Positions 13,590 to 27,867 of a stretch of 64,000 nucleotides of DNA are shown here, one piece after another. Below the pieces are notes generated by a model, which saw only the letters and a list, made by a program, of their open reading frames with translations, searched no databases and was not told where the DNA came from. A program made the translations under genes and the position numbers. The stretch's first letter is position 1. Each line of letters begins with the position of its first letter. Source of the DNA: Cenococcum geophilum (Eukaryota). The stretch is from positions 1,612,001 through 1,676,000 of the forward strand of contig CP158635.1 in assembly GCA_050273025.1 (NCBI GenBank), given 5' to 3'.

Positions 13590-13782
13590 TGTCACGGAAC
13601 CCGACCGTAGGGGCCTCTATAGGAGAACCCCGTGCTCTCGCGTACACCTCGCGTACAGCTTATGTCAGCTACGCGAGGGTATATCACCTCCTTACGCCCT
13701 CGACCCTTACGATCGATCGCGCAACGTCTTGTAGACTCCCCGAATACATACGCTTTGTAGCCATTGCCCGCGTTCCGTGACA
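13590..13782 (+). mobile_element. Solo LTR of Gypsy family D inserted in B1 gag
   Basis: 193 bp, tgtcacgg...ccgtgaca, matches 31603-31795 and 43337-43529. Flanked by gtgc/gtgc; the uninterrupted B site reads gctaagtgcctagg (~30057). Confidence 0.93.
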
Positions 13783-14400
13783 GTGCCTAGGTGTTGGCGG
13801 TCTATCTTGCGAAATCCTCCCTAAAATATTCCTATAGCTGTAAATTGGTATAGTGTTTACTTTGGTAGAATATAATATAGTATAGGAGAAAGCCATTAAC
13901 TTATTTTACTGTATAAGTTATTATATTAATAGTAAATTCGTCCTAATCTTTATTAATAAGTTTCGCGTATAAAGCTACCCCTAGTGGTAAGGAGTCTTCC
14001 TAGTTGTTTAAGGTAGGCGTAGCTATGTTTTTAGAGGGAGGGAAGTGTTATTGGTATAGGGATTATCGTTTAGTACGCGTTCGTTATTTAGTACGTGTTT
14101 ATGACGTATATTTGTAATTATAGGGCTTAAGACTAGTTTTAGCCTTAAATCGCGAAGACTTATAATATATATTGTTCTACGTAATAGACGTAAGAATCCG
14201 TAATCTTAGAAAGGCTTAGGACCAGTTCTGGCCTTTAAATCCTTAGATTTGTGGAAGAGTTCTATTTAAGGTTTAGGACCAGTTCTGACCTTAAAAGACA
14301 GCTCCCTTTAGCACGAGTAGCACTAGTATAGTGGCTCGTCTCTTCTTAGTGGAATACTTAGCTGCTCTATAGTATAATAGTAAAGTTAACTACTAATTAG

Positions 14401-14577
14401 TATTGGTTATATAAGGGGATATTACGTAGCTACGGTCTATAGATAGTATAATGATTGTTCTTTTTAATTCTTCTTTAGGGGGGGCGAGGAGCTTAAGGCT
14501 TATTGCCATACTAGTGCCGCGGCAATACGTGACGGTAACTTGCCGTATATAACAGCAACTTGCCTATATTCCCAACA
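14401..14577 (-). repeat. B1 5' LTR
   Basis: Direct repeat of 5586-5762, abutted by actaattag (14392-14400). Confidence 0.92.
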
Positions 14578-16340
14578 CTAATAATAATAGGTTTATAAAT
14601 ATTATAGTTTATTAACTATCTTATAAAAATATAATATATAATTCCTATAGACTTAATTAATATAATATTAGTAGCTAAATATTTTATTAAGTATATTTTT
14701 AAGCTATACGGACTTTCTAATTTAATAATATCTAACTATAGAAGCTAGTTCGTTTTAGACTTCTAATAAGCCCTATATAAATAATTAAGTATATAAATAT
14801 AACTTTTAACTATATTTTATCTAGAAATAAATAGTTAAACTAAAATTACAAATATAATTATAGAACAATACCTATAAATATACTACTCCTACCTATAATA
14901 TAACTAGGAAAAGTAGCTACCTTTAGCTAAGTTTACTATAAATAATATAAGAAATAAATTAATAGGCGTAATACTATTCTACGCAACCTATAAATAAAAC
15001 CCTTAACTTAAATTTAAATTATAACCTATAATTAATATAATAGAACCTATAATTAAGAGGATTTAACTAATTAATATATATAACTTTGCTAATTAAATTA
15101 AGTAGTTAACGGAACTATTATAAGGTAAATTAGCGTATACTTAAATAGTATAGGAATAGTATAAAAATAAAGGATGAGCTTCCGTATAGGACTTTAAGAA
15201 AGGTAATATAGTTTACCTAAATATATAAAACCTAAAAACTTAATAACCCTTAAAAAAACTTAATTAGAAGTTTATAGGCCTATACTAAATTAAAAAGAGA
15301 CTAAACCTATACGCTTATAAGCTTAAACTACTAACTAAGATAAAAATATATTTAACGTTTTATATAAGCTTACTATAACCTTTAAAAGGTAAACCTATAA
15401 CTTATAAAGTACTACTACTACCTTTTATAATTATTAATAACGGTAATAGTTCTTACTTTATTAACTTAATTAATAATATATAATAGAAAATATAATCTAA
15501 ATAATTTAAACTCCTTATTAAGTAGGAAGAATATAAAATATAAACTTTAGAAACCTATAACTAGATTAAGACTAACACGCCTTCCCTAGTAAAAGAATTC
15601 TATAAAAACTATCCTTTACGGCCACTTTAGCTAAATAGATATAATATAAAGGTAAATAACTGCTACTTAATATAAATATATAAAACATAATAGCAAAAAG
15701 CTTAAAATTAAAAAGAAATTAAAATATATTATAATGTTTATAATATAATTATATAATACATAAGATATTAAGGAACTTTAACTACTAGTTAAAGTTATCT
15801 AATTAGTTAGAACTGCCTTACTAAGACTTACTATAAAGATATTAGTTTTACTTACTGCCTTAACTAAGCTAATAATAATTTTCTATTTTAGGAATAGAAA
15901 ATCCTAATTAGCCTATTTAATAATAGAATTAGTAAAACTTTATACCGCTACCTAACGCGAAAATATAACACGCGATAAGTTATAAGTTTTAACTAAAATT
16001 AAATTATTTAGACCTTTGGCTAAAAGGGGGGGTACTATAATAGGACTAGCCCAGTTATAGTAGGAGTATTTTAGTAAAATACTTAATAGATAAATTCTAA
16101 CGCTTTAACCGAATTCTGCTAGATTAATTAAATTTTACTAAAGTTTATTAAAGACCGCGTGCGTATATACGCACGCATTAACCACTAAGCCTCTAACTAT
16201 TTAATTATATAATTCTCTTGTTATTCCTTTCTCTTTTTTACATAACGTCTTGTTCTTAGCGAGAGCTATATACCCTTAGATTTAGATAGAATTTATATTA
16301 TTCCTTTAAATCTTCCCTAAAGTCTCTTTACGCCCTTATA
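14578..16340 (+). mobile_element. Gypsy A segment 2 (integrase core, GPY/F, chromodomain-like, 3' UTR, 3' LTR)
   Basis: De-RIPed reading gives V.VD.LTK, LHGL.DSI.SD.GSQF.S.FW, G-P-Y and F.LLIKWE.Y motifs. PPT aaaaggggggg at 16022-16032. Confidence 0.88.
16036..16340 (+). repeat. Probable 3' LTR of Gypsy A
   Basis: Begins tataa (RIPed tgtaa) after the PPT and ends cttata (RIPed ttaca) exactly where another pol frame begins. Partner LTR is outside the window. Confidence 0.7.
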
Positions 16341-17646
16341 AGGATATAAGAGCCTTTATAGGATTTGCTAATTTCCACTAATGGTTTATTAATAACTTCT
16401 CCGCCCTAGTTTTACCCCTTATAGCTCTAACCTAAAAGGATAAAGCCTTTATCTTTAATAAGAAATATAAAAAGGCCTTTACCTATTTAAAGGTTATATT
16501 TACTACTGCGCTAGTACTCTAATACTTTAACCTAAACTAAATAAGTGTTATAAAAGCCAACTTATCTAACTATATTACTAAAGGTATTCTATCTTAATAT
16601 AATAAGAATAGAGTATTGCACCCTATAGTATACTTCTTAAAATAACTAAGCCTAGCTAAATATAACTACAAGATCTAGAATAAGGAATTATTAGCTATTA
16701 TTAGATATTTTAAATAATAGTAAATTAAATTAGAAGGCGCTAGATTTCTAATTAAGCTCCTTAGCAACTATAAGAACCTATAGTACTTTACAACTATAAA
16801 ATAGCTAAGCCACTGTTAAGCCCACTAGTTAAAATACCTATTTTATTTTTAATTCTTAATTATATACTGCCTAGGCGTTTAAGGCTAAAAGCTTAATACC
16901 CTAACCTAATATTTATAGGACGCGTTAGCCCTAGAAGAAGCGCGCTCTTACTAAAATTAGACCCTACTTTACCCTAAACTATTTAACCCTCCTTCTAAAG
17001 ATATTATAGTATCCGTCCTTAAAATAACTAATTAATTAATTAAATAGATTATAATTAATAAATACCTAAATAATAAGTTTATTTAAGAGACGCTTAAGCT
17101 AATATAAAATAGTATTAGACGCTTTAAAAAGATTTCTCTAAGTAAATACAAAGCCTATAGGAACCGCTTATACTACTAAAACTGCCTAGTAATACCTAAC
17201 TATAATAAACTTAAGCTTAAGCTCCTTAAACGTATATATAACTTACTAGTAGCTAGCTATCTAGGCTAAAGAAAAACCCTAGAGCTACTCTAATAGGAGT
17301 ATTACTAGCTAAATATATATAATATAATATAAAGATACATCTCTACCTACTATATCTGCTAATAAGCTAAAGCTTTATATAAGACATATAACGGCCTATT
17401 AAAGCCATTACCTATTCTAGACCGAAGATAAAAGGATATCTTAATTAACTTTATTATTAACCTCCCTATAAGTATGGGCTATATAAACATTATAGTAGTT
17501 ATAGACCAACTATTTAAGATAAGGCACTTAATTACCTGCCTTAATATATTAATACCTATTATTACCTAACTATTTCTAGATTATACATTAAAACTCCATA
17601 AACTCCCTAAAATAATTATCTCTAATAAATGTAGCTAGTTTGTCTT
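16341..17646 (+). mobile_element. Gypsy element E, segment 1 (RT connection, RNase H, integrase N-terminus)
   Basis: KDVRAFIGFANF at 16341, NYEIWDKELLAII (~16663-16700) and GHPG..KTLELL (~17255-17290). Confidence 0.88.
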
Positions 17647-18812
17647 TATTAGTTACATAAGGTAATATTACATAGCTACGGTTCGTAGATAGTATAATAA
17701 TTATTATTATTATTCTATATATCTTTATAAGGGAAAGCAAGGAGCTTAAGGCTCCTCGCCACGCCAGTGCCGCGGCAATACGTAACGGCAACTTGCTGCA
17801 CGTAACGGCAACTAGCTAGTATTCCCAACACTAGCAACTCTTTTTTTATAGTTGCTATCTACATATATATACCCCTTAACTAGCGTAATAAATATTAATC
17901 CTTTTTACTTACTATTACTATTATAATATAAGTCTCGCTATCCTAAAATTTGCCTTTTAGCATATAGTACTTTCTTACTTAGGAGTTATAGGTAGATATT
18001 TTATTTAGAGGGCCGCTAAGGCGCTAGTAATAAGCGAGCTAATAGCAATTTTCTATCCCGGGGATAGAAAATCCTAATTAGCTAGGTTAAGTTAGGGTCT
18101 ATAGAATATTATACTCCCCTCTTTAAAAAAGTTTTGGCAAAAGAATCTAACTAATTAAATAACTTTAACTGCTAGTTAAAGTTCCTAGACATCTTAAGAC
18201 CTTACGTAACTAAGAAATTTCTAGGGACTCCCTTTTAACCTAACCTTTAACTTATATATATAGAGTATTTATATTAATAAATATCTCTAGTGCCTTATTT
18301 AGGTTCGCCTTTATTATTACATCTACTGGGTTATCTTAGCTATTAATTTATTAAATCTTAAAGAGTTCTTAACGCTTATAGGATTGCTAAAATACCATAA
18401 TATTAATTATAAGGCGCTTCTCCTTTATAGTACTAAGCTTAACTAAATACTTATAGAGGGAATATAAGTTAGTGTATATAATTATAGGAATAATAAAAAG
18501 TTCGAGTTAATCTATAATTATCTTTAGGGTAGTTCTAATTATAATTACTATATTAACTCCGCTAACTATTCTATATATCTCTAATACTAGAACGCTTTAA
18601 GTAATACGCTTACTCTTAGTTAAGCTCTAATAGATAAAATTACTATAAATTATAAAGTTATTCTCTTTAGTAAATTTGTTTATAATAATAATCTTATATC
18701 CTAGCTAGGAGCTAAAATCTTTATTATTTATAAACGATCTATTAATAAATATAAAGAGCTTAGCGGTAGGAAGATTAATAGGCATATAGAGTAGTCCCTA
18801 ATTAAGATAGTT

Positions 18813-19960
18813 AAAAGGAATACTAAAATCGAGATCTGACCTATACGGTCCTATAGGGGTTCCTTTCCATCTCATCTTGTCCGCATGGTCAAGCTAAGAG
18901 AGAGGATCTCATCTATTACTAATGCAGCAGCGTTACGTTGTGGCTAGAGGGGGCCTTCAAATACTCAACCCTTGACGCCGTCAGAATAGCAGAGTTTTCA
19001 CAGGCCTTGGCGCCAGACTAGTCAAAAAGACAACTCCAGAAAAGCGACTTCTGCACCCCTATGCGGTGGAGCCCGGGAACCTAGCAGCTACTATTAATGT
19101 TCTATTTGGATTGTGTTAATAGACTACCAGAGCGAACGCAGAGACGTATATACGGCTACGCAGCGCCTGCGCAGCGACGTAGTGGTAATGTAAAGATTTT
19201 TTACTAAGGGGTAAGCCTTAGCAAAAAAGTTTAAACACCGCTACTACGTCTCTAATGTATATATTTGGACATTAAATCGACAAGTATTATCCCTTCGGCG
19301 TACCCCCTCCCTTCTACGAATACTATATACACCGTATAGCATCTATATACACAAGTAATCCGCGCCCTAAGCGTAGCAGAGGCCCCCTATTTTAATATTA
19401 TCCGGCAACCTAGGTATTTAGTTATAGGGATTAGGCCCCCTATTAAATACTAGATTGTCCTCCTATACCTTACAAATAGGTATAAGGGCCTAGGTTTAGG
19501 CCCTAGGGCAAAAGCAATACCAAGTTATATACACCCCGTTATAGAAACCCTTTAATAGAGGAGTGGATAAGAGACCTCAGTATATAGGCCCAGGCGGAAC
19601 GCAAGTGTTATTTATTAGGAGATATTTATAGGAGACTTGGAAAAGGAGCTAGGGATAGGCATACGACTTAGACAAGTAATATATAAATGTGGTAAAGATA
19701 GTTTAAATGGCAGATAGGGCAAGATAGGTATTTAGACACTCTTGTATAAAGGGAGTCTCAAAGCAGTAACCTAACAGTGTTTTTCCTCCCGTTAATGTAG
19801 TATGGATGTTATCTGGAATATTACCTCTTACGTCTCCCCTAGGGGTTTTTTATACACTTAAAAATGGGGTTTTTCTTAGTAAGGAGGTTTTTCCTATAGG
19901 AATTAGTCTGTGTGGACCCATTAGGGGGACTAGGTCGGACGGTAAATTAAATCTTATATA
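18813..19960 (+). mobile_element. 1.15-kb non-LTR (SINE-like or truncated LINE) insertion
   Basis: Exact 14-bp TSD taattaagatagtt (18799-18812, 19961-19974), absent at the homologous B1 site (~6733-6746). No LTR or TIR; the 3' end resembles the LINE 3' UTR. Confidence 0.8.
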
Positions 19961-22558
19961 TAATTAAGATAGTTTATTTACTAGAAAAGACATTTATTTA
20001 GGGTAAGAATATTATCCTTAGTTAGTTCCTAGTATTAAGCGGTAATAGAGAGATTAAATAAAGCCTTAAGTTAATAGATAGAAGCAATATAAGCTTTATA
20101 AGCGCGTTGCTCCATATATCCTTACTTTAGAGAATTAATATTAATAACATTAATCTTTTTACCTTAACCCTTTTAGCGCAAAGCAATAGAATCCTTATTT
20201 AGGGAGAGGATGCATTTATTAAAAAGTAATAGTGTTATTAAATTAAGCTTTTCCTTTAGCTTTACTATAAGATTTACCTTTACTAGCTTATCCTCTTTAA
20301 GAGCTAAAAATTGGTCGTCTTCTAAGATAATTATATTATTAGTTTATATACCAACAATTCTAAATAGGGTTCCCGTGGTTATAATAAGGAAGCAAGGATT
20401 AAATATAGAAGTAGTTATTAAAAGCTTCTCTTTATAGTGCTTACTATAGGTAGCCTACTAATAAGTTTCTACCTCTACAATTCTATATAATGGCTTAAGC
20501 ATAACTATAATCGTATCTTTAGAATACTAGTAGCGAATTTACTCCGGAAAGTATACTAATATTAAGCGCTAAAGGTGCGTCTCTAATTAGGTATAGGCTT
20601 AAGTAATATTTTATAAATAAATCGCTATTTTATTCTTTATTAAGGAGGGAGCTAATATAATAATAACTTACTAACTAGCTTATTAAATTATAGGAGATTA
20701 TATAAGAATTATTTCTTTACTATTATTATTATAACCTTAGATAATAAGCCTTAATTTCTTAAATAGGGCGTTAGTAGCTTTGCCCTTAATCTTATTAACT
20801 ATCCTTAACTTAAAGATACAAACTTTATTAAACTTAGTAGGATTATACTTCTTAAATTTAAAGACTCCTCTTATAATAAGACCGTTAATCTCCTACTTAT
20901 TAGATACTTAGAAAGGAGCTCCTAAAGTTATAATATAATCTTCCTTTTAGAGCTATTTTATAAGCTTAAAGTTAGCCTTCTCTTTAGCTGTTATAAAGGC
21001 TATTAATAACTTAATTCTACTCTTAATAGTAGTAACAAATTATTCTTTAAAATTAATAAGATATTAGCGATTTTATAATCCCTTTAGGCGACCTCTACTG
21101 CGTTATAGTTATGGCGTATCTATTATAATTATATTAGGATTATAGTTGCCTTCTAGAGTACGTTAATTATAGTTCTCCTCTAGAGTATCTTCTAGGGCAT
21201 CCTATAAAGGCTTAGAATTATTATCTTTATAGTAAGTCTTAATAACATTTAAATGGAATTAAGTAGGTTTATAAGGCATCTAAATAGTATAAATTTAACT
21301 ATTAATTACAATTAGTTAATATAGGCCTAACTATTCTCCCTTTTTACGCTATACGCGTACCTTAAATTAGAGTAGTAGATTAAGCATAGTTAAGGTATTT
21401 AGGCCATTTCTTATTCCTAGTGCGTTATTAACCTAGTATATAGCGTAGAGACGTTATACCTCCTTTATTGCCTTATAAATAGCCTTAGCTTATTATATAA
21501 TAAAGGGAAATAGTAAAGAATTATTAATTATTTAAGGGTAAGCGCTAAAGACTAGTAATATAGGTATAAGTCTATTTAGGCCAGCTAAATTATTAATAGC
21601 TTTAATAGCTATTTATAAGGTAAGTTCTTCGCTAGCATCCTTTAGTTCTAAAGAGATAATCTTATATATGTGGCGTAATAGCGTATAATATTACTCTACT
21701 TTTCTAATGCTATTATATACCTTACTAGGGACTTCCTTAACCTTAATTGCTATTACCTTTATCTATTATCGGAACTCTATAGATAAGAAGTTCTTTTCTA
21801 TATTATAGGTAATTTAATTAGGGGGTTTTAAATAAATATTAATTTAGTATAACTAAAGGGTATCCTATACGTTTTTAGCTAATATATCTTTTAAAAAACG
21901 CGTGGCTTAAAAAAAGGTTAAGAAGTTAATAACTTAGAGCACTAGCTTACTACTAAGATATATAATATTAATAATAATATAGAAGTTAAAGTTATAGTTA
22001 TCCTTAAGGGTGAACTTAAATCGGCTAGGGGACTTCTAGTTTATATAGTAGTAATAATAGTACTTTATAAGATACTTAATTACCTTAACTTTAACTTTAT
22101 AGCCTACTTACTAAAGAACCCTAAGTAATTAATAAACGGATAGGTGGCCAAAATAATGGTGTAGTTGGCGTAATTCTAACTTAGTTAAGTAGTTTTAAGT
22201 AACACTTATTTCTAGTTAATAAAGGAGTAATTAGGGGTAACCCTACTTGCGTATAACGGGTACCTAATTATCTTCCTAAATAAGTATATTTTTAAGGTTG
22301 TTAAGCTTAACGCCTAACTTATCTATATCTTTAATGCAAAATAAAAATAGAGTATATTGGGAATAAAGGCATATAAGGCATATTGCCGTCACGTGTGGCA
22401 AGTTGCCGTTACGTGCAGCAAGTTGCCGTCACGTACCGCCGCGGCACTAGCGTGGTGAGGAACCTTAAGTTCCTCACCCCTTTCTTTAAGAATAACAAGA
22501 ATAACCATCATACTATCTACAAACCGTAGCTACGTGATATCACCTTATATAACCAACA

Positions 22559-22567
22559 CTAATTAGT
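22559..22567 (+). promoter_or_regulatory. Palindromic site ctaattagt replacing a tRNA PBS (CHS-like)
   Basis: Directly after the 5' LTR in B3, N1 (10885-10893), B1 and B2; reads ctaatcagt in C (46801-46809). Confidence 0.7.
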
Positions 22568-25500
22568 AGTTAACTTTACTATTATACTATAGAGCAGCTA
22601 GGTATTCCACTAAGAAGAGATAAGCCACTATACTAGTGCTACTTATGCTAAAGGAAGCTATCTTTTAAGGTTAGAACTAGTCTTAAACCTTAAATAGAAC
22701 TCTTCCACAAATCTAAGGATTTAAAGGCTAGAACTAGTCCTAAGCCTTTTTAAGATTATAGATTCTTGCGTCTATTACGTAGAATAATACGCGTTATAAG
22801 TCTTCGCGATTTAAGGCTAGAACTAGTCCTAAGCCCTATAATTGTAAATATATATTATAAACGCGTACTAAATAACAAACGCGTACCAAATAATAATCCC
22901 TATACTAATAACACTTCCCTCCCTCTAAAAACATAGCTACGCCTACCTTAAACAACTGGGAAGACTCTTTACTACTAAGGGTAGCTTTATACGCGAAACT
23001 TATTAATAAAGATTAGGACGAATTTACTATTAATATAATAACTTATACGGTAAAATAAGTTAATAGCTTTCTCCTATACCGTATTATATTCTACTAAAGT
23101 AGACACTACGCTAATTTATAGCTGTAGGAATATTTTAGGGAGAATTTTGTAAGATAGACCGCTAACACCTAGGCACTTGGCAATATTAATATTATTTAGG
23201 ATTTTTAAGACTTCCTCTATAGAAATGGGGTATATATTACTAAGAATAGTAACCCAATTGCTAGTAATATTTAAGCCGTTATTACTAGTATAGAAGAACT
23301 AGTATAGACGGAAGCTAAGATTATACGTTAACTATAGAAGCCCAGAACTAACCTATATTCTTTAAAAGGCAACTTTAATTTGGAACAAAACCCCTAAAAC
23401 GCTACTCTCCCACCTAAAGGTACTCTCCTACCTAGAGGTGCTCTCCTACCTAGAGGTACTCTTCCTCTACCTCTGCTATCTTTAGCTCCTCTACTCTAGC
23501 TAACCGGTAAGCCTTTACTATAAGAAGTTATAAATCTAATAAAGGTATATTTAGACAAAGAAAAGAAGTTTAGAGGAGAACTGTATAATATGCTCGGAGT
23601 AAAACTATAGGTCTTCTATAACTATTGCAATAAGGTTAAAATCTAACACTACTAGTACTACCACGCTTTCTCCATAATGTTAAAAGGACGGGTAGTAATA
23701 TTTTATTACGACTATATTATAGGTAAAAACTATAGCTTTAATATAATACTTTAGCTTACTAGAGCTTACTTTAAAACTAATAAGAATTGCTAACTTTATA
23801 TATCTAAATGGCGGGAAACTATATTCTAGAGAGTTATTACTTCTAACCTAATAAAGACTTATTTAGAGTGCCTTTAACTACTCTTTAATAAACTCTAGAA
23901 AATTTAATATAGCCTTACTAAAACTTATTAAAATAAGAATAGCCTAAGGGACTAGGTTATCTTAGCATGCTATAGCGTTCCTAAGTATAACTTAGCGCTA
24001 TATAAACCTATGGATACATTTAAAGGAGTATATGCTAAGCTATACTCTACTATAGGTACTGCGATGCAAATATAAGAATCTTAATAGTTCTATACTAAAA
24101 ACTTTACCTAACTAAGTATTCCTAACTAATATAATTATAACTAGACTAATTAAATATATAGTAGCCGTGGTAGGGAATATAGAAAAAGATATAATTAACG
24201 TTAACTATAAGGTAATTATAGAGGTCCTTATGGAGGTTTATTTCGAAGTAATTGCTAGAAAAAGTGCTATATTTATAAGAAGCCAAACTACTAGTTAACT
24301 AGACACTCCCTTAATAAACAAAAAGAGGTATATAATAGGTTCCATTAAAGTATAAGAAACGTTAAAAATCGCAAGGTTACTATGGCCTACTTTTAAAGCT
24401 TCCTAGTTTAATATAAAGGCGTAGAAGATCTTAAGGGTAAGGTTAATAAGGTCAAACAGCTCCTTATAGATATAGAAATTAAGGACTACTCCCCTAACTA
24501 ATACTTTACTAAGTATGGTAAGGTAGATGGTATATAAACCATTACTATCCTTAATAATTAATCTACGCTCTATTCTATTACGAAATTAGATATCTTTAAT
24601 AAGCTAAAAAGAGTTCCGCGTTTTCCTTTAACGATAGATACTTAGCGTATATCTTTTATAGTATTATACCAGATACAGGAGCCGCAGGAGTATTTATAGT
24701 AGGAGAACCTTAAGTCTAAGCTCTTTAGCAGCTTAATAGCTCTATTTAGATTAACTAATTAACGGCAGGCCAATATACAATTTGCTTTAGTAAAGGCACT
24801 ATAATCTTTTTTGGCACAATTAGAGTCTAAACCCCCTTAGGATACATTACTTTCTATATTATCCCTATAAACACTCCGTTTTTATTTTGCATTAAAGATA
24901 TAAATAAATTAGGCGTTAAGCTTAATAACCTTAAGAATATACTTATTTAGGGAGACAATCGGGTGCCTATTATATATAAGTAGGGTCACCCCTAGTTACT
25001 CCTTTATTAACTAGAAAAGAGCATTGCTTAAAGCCACTTAACTAAGTTAGAATTACGCCAACTGCACCGTCGTTTTGGCCACCTATCTATTTATTAATTA
25101 CTTAGGGTTTTTTAGTAAGTAAGCTATAAAGTTAAGGTTAAGGCAATTAAGCATCTTATAAGGTACTGCTATTACTACTAAATAAACTAAAAGTCCCCTG
25201 GCCGATTTAAGTTCACCCTTAAGGATAACTATAACTTTAACTTCTATATTATTATTAACGTTATATATCTTAGCGGTAAGCTAGTGCTCTAAGTTATTAA
25301 CTTCTTAACCTTTTTTTAAGCCGCGCGTTTTTTAAAAGATATATCAGCCAGAAATATATAGGATACCCTTTAATTATACTAGATTAATATCTATTTAGGA
25401 CCCCCTAATTAAATCGTCTATAATATAGGAAAGAACTTCTTATCTATAGAGTTCCGACAGCAGATAAAGGCAATAGCAATTAAGGTTAAGGAAGTCCCCG

Positions 25501-27867
25501 TTAAGGCATATAATAGTATTAAAAAAGTAGAGCGATATTACACGCTATTACGCCGCGTATATAAGATTATCTCTTTAGAACTAAAGAATGCTAATAAAGA
25601 ACTTACCTTATAAATAGCTATTAAAGCTATTAATAATTCCGCTAGCCTAGATAAACTTATACCTATATTACTAGTCTTTAGCGCCTACCCTTAAATAACT
25701 AATAATTTTCTACTATCTCCCTTTATCGTATAATAAGCTAAGGCTATTTACAAGGCAATAAAGGAGGTATAACATCTCTACGCTATACGCTAGGTTAATA
25801 ACGTACTAGGAATAAGAAATGGCCTAAATACCTTAACTACGCTTAATCTGCCACTCTAGTCTAAAGTACGCGTATAGCGTAAAAAGGGAGAATAGTTAGG
25901 CCCACACCAACTTATTATAATTAATAGTTAAACTTATACTATTTAGATGCCTTACAGACCTACTTAATTCCATTTAACTGTTATTAAACCTTACTATAAA
26001 GATAATAATTCTAAGCCTTTATAGGATGCCCTAAAAGATACCCTAAAGAAGAACTATAATTAACGTGCTTTAGAAGGCGACTATAACCCTAATATAATTA
26101 TAGTAGAGGCGCTATAACTATAACGCGGTAGAGGTCGCCCGAAGGGATTATAAAATTACTAATATCTTATTAATTTTAAAGAACAATTTGTTGCCGCTAT
26201 TAAGAATAAAGTTGAGTTATTAATAGCCTTTATAATAGCTAAAGAGAAGGCTAACTTTAAGCTCGCAAAACAGCTCTAAAAGGAAGGTTATATTATAACT
26301 TTAGGAGCTCCTTTCTAAGTATCCGATAAGCAGAAGATCGACGGTCTTATTATAAAAGGAGTCTTTAAATTTAAGAAGTATAACCCTACTAAGTTTAATA
26401 AAGTTCGCATCTTTAAGTTAAGGATAGTTAATAAGATTAAGGGTAAAGCTATTAACGCCCTATTTAAGAAATTAAGGCTTATTATCTAAGGTTATAACGA
26501 TAATAATAAAGAGATAATTCTTATATAATCTTCTATAATTTAACAAGCTAGTTAGCGAGTTATTATTATATTAGCTCCCTCCTTAATAAAGAATAAAATA
26601 GTGGTTTATTTATAAGATATTACCTAAGCCTACACCCAATTAGAGACGCACCTTTAGCGCTTAATATTAGCATACCTCCTAGAGTAAATTCGCCACCAGT
26701 ATCCCGAAGATACGATTATAGTTATACTTAAGCCATTATATAGAATTGCAGAGGCAGGAACTTACTAGTAGGCTACCTATAGCAAGCACTATAAAGAGAA
26801 GCTTTTAATGACTACTTCTATATTTAATCCCTGCTTTCTTATTACAACTATAGGAACTCCGTTCGGAATTGTTGGCATATAAACTAATAATACTATTATT
26901 TTAGGAGACGGCCAATTCTTAGCTCTTAAAGAAGATAAGCTAGTAAAGATAAATCTTATAGCAAAGCTAAAGGAAATGCTTAATTTAATAACACTATTGC
27001 TCTTTAATGGATATATCCTCTCCCTAAACTAGGATTCTATTACTTTACGCCAGAAGGGTTAAGGTAAGAAGATTAACGTTATTAACGTTAATTCTCTAAA
27101 GTAAGGATATATAGAGCAACGCGCTTGCGGAGCTTATATTGCTTCTATCTATTAACCCAAGGCTTCCTTTAATCTCTTAGTTGCCGCTTAACACTAGGAA
27201 CCAACTAAGGAAGACGTTCTTACCCTAAATAAGCGTCTTTTCTAGTAAATAAACCATCTCAATTGGGGACTACTCTACGTGCTTATTAATCTTCCTACCG
27301 CCAAGCTCTTTATATTTATTAATAGATCATTTATAAACAATAAAGACTTTAGCTCCTAGCTAGGATATAAGATTATTATCATAAACAAATCTACTAAAGA
27401 GAATAACTTTACGATCTACGGCAATCTTATCTATTAAAGCTTAACTAAAAGCAAGCGCGTTACTTAAAGCGTTCTAGCGTTAGAGATATATAGAATAGTT
27501 AGTGGAGTTAATATGGCAATTGCAATTAGAACTACCCTAAAGATAATTATAGATCGACTCGAACTTCCTATTATCCCTATAATCGTATACACTAACTTAT
27601 ATTCCCTCTATAAGTGTTTAATTAAGCTTAGTACTATAAAGGAGAAGCGCCTTATAATTAATATTATAGCACTTTAGCAATCCTACAAGCATTAAGAACT
27701 CTTTAAGATTTAATAGATTAATGGCTAAGATAATCCGGTAGATGCGATAATAAAGGCGAACCCAAATAAGGCACTAAAGACGCTTGTTAACATAAATACT
27801 TTATATATATAAGTTAAAGGTTAGGTTAAAAGGGAGTCCTTAGAAATTTCTTAGTCACGTAAGGTCT

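Larger units (their letters stand above)
5586..14577 (-). mobile_element. Copia (GalEa-like) family B, copy B1, full length with two nested inserts
   Basis: Paired ~177-bp LTRs (5586-5762, 14401-14577) with TG..CA termini and TSD ctaac/ctaat (5581-5585, 14578-14582). Internal sequence is the reverse complement of B3. Confidence 0.93.

Noticed and set aside
13586..13896. Overlapping 64/70-aa ORFs
   Set aside because: Coincide with the solo D LTR; chance frames in less-RIPed sequence.
18940..18966. Pol III A/B boxes in the SINE-like insert
   Set aside because: Poor consensus match, spacing too short, and no cloverleaf seen.
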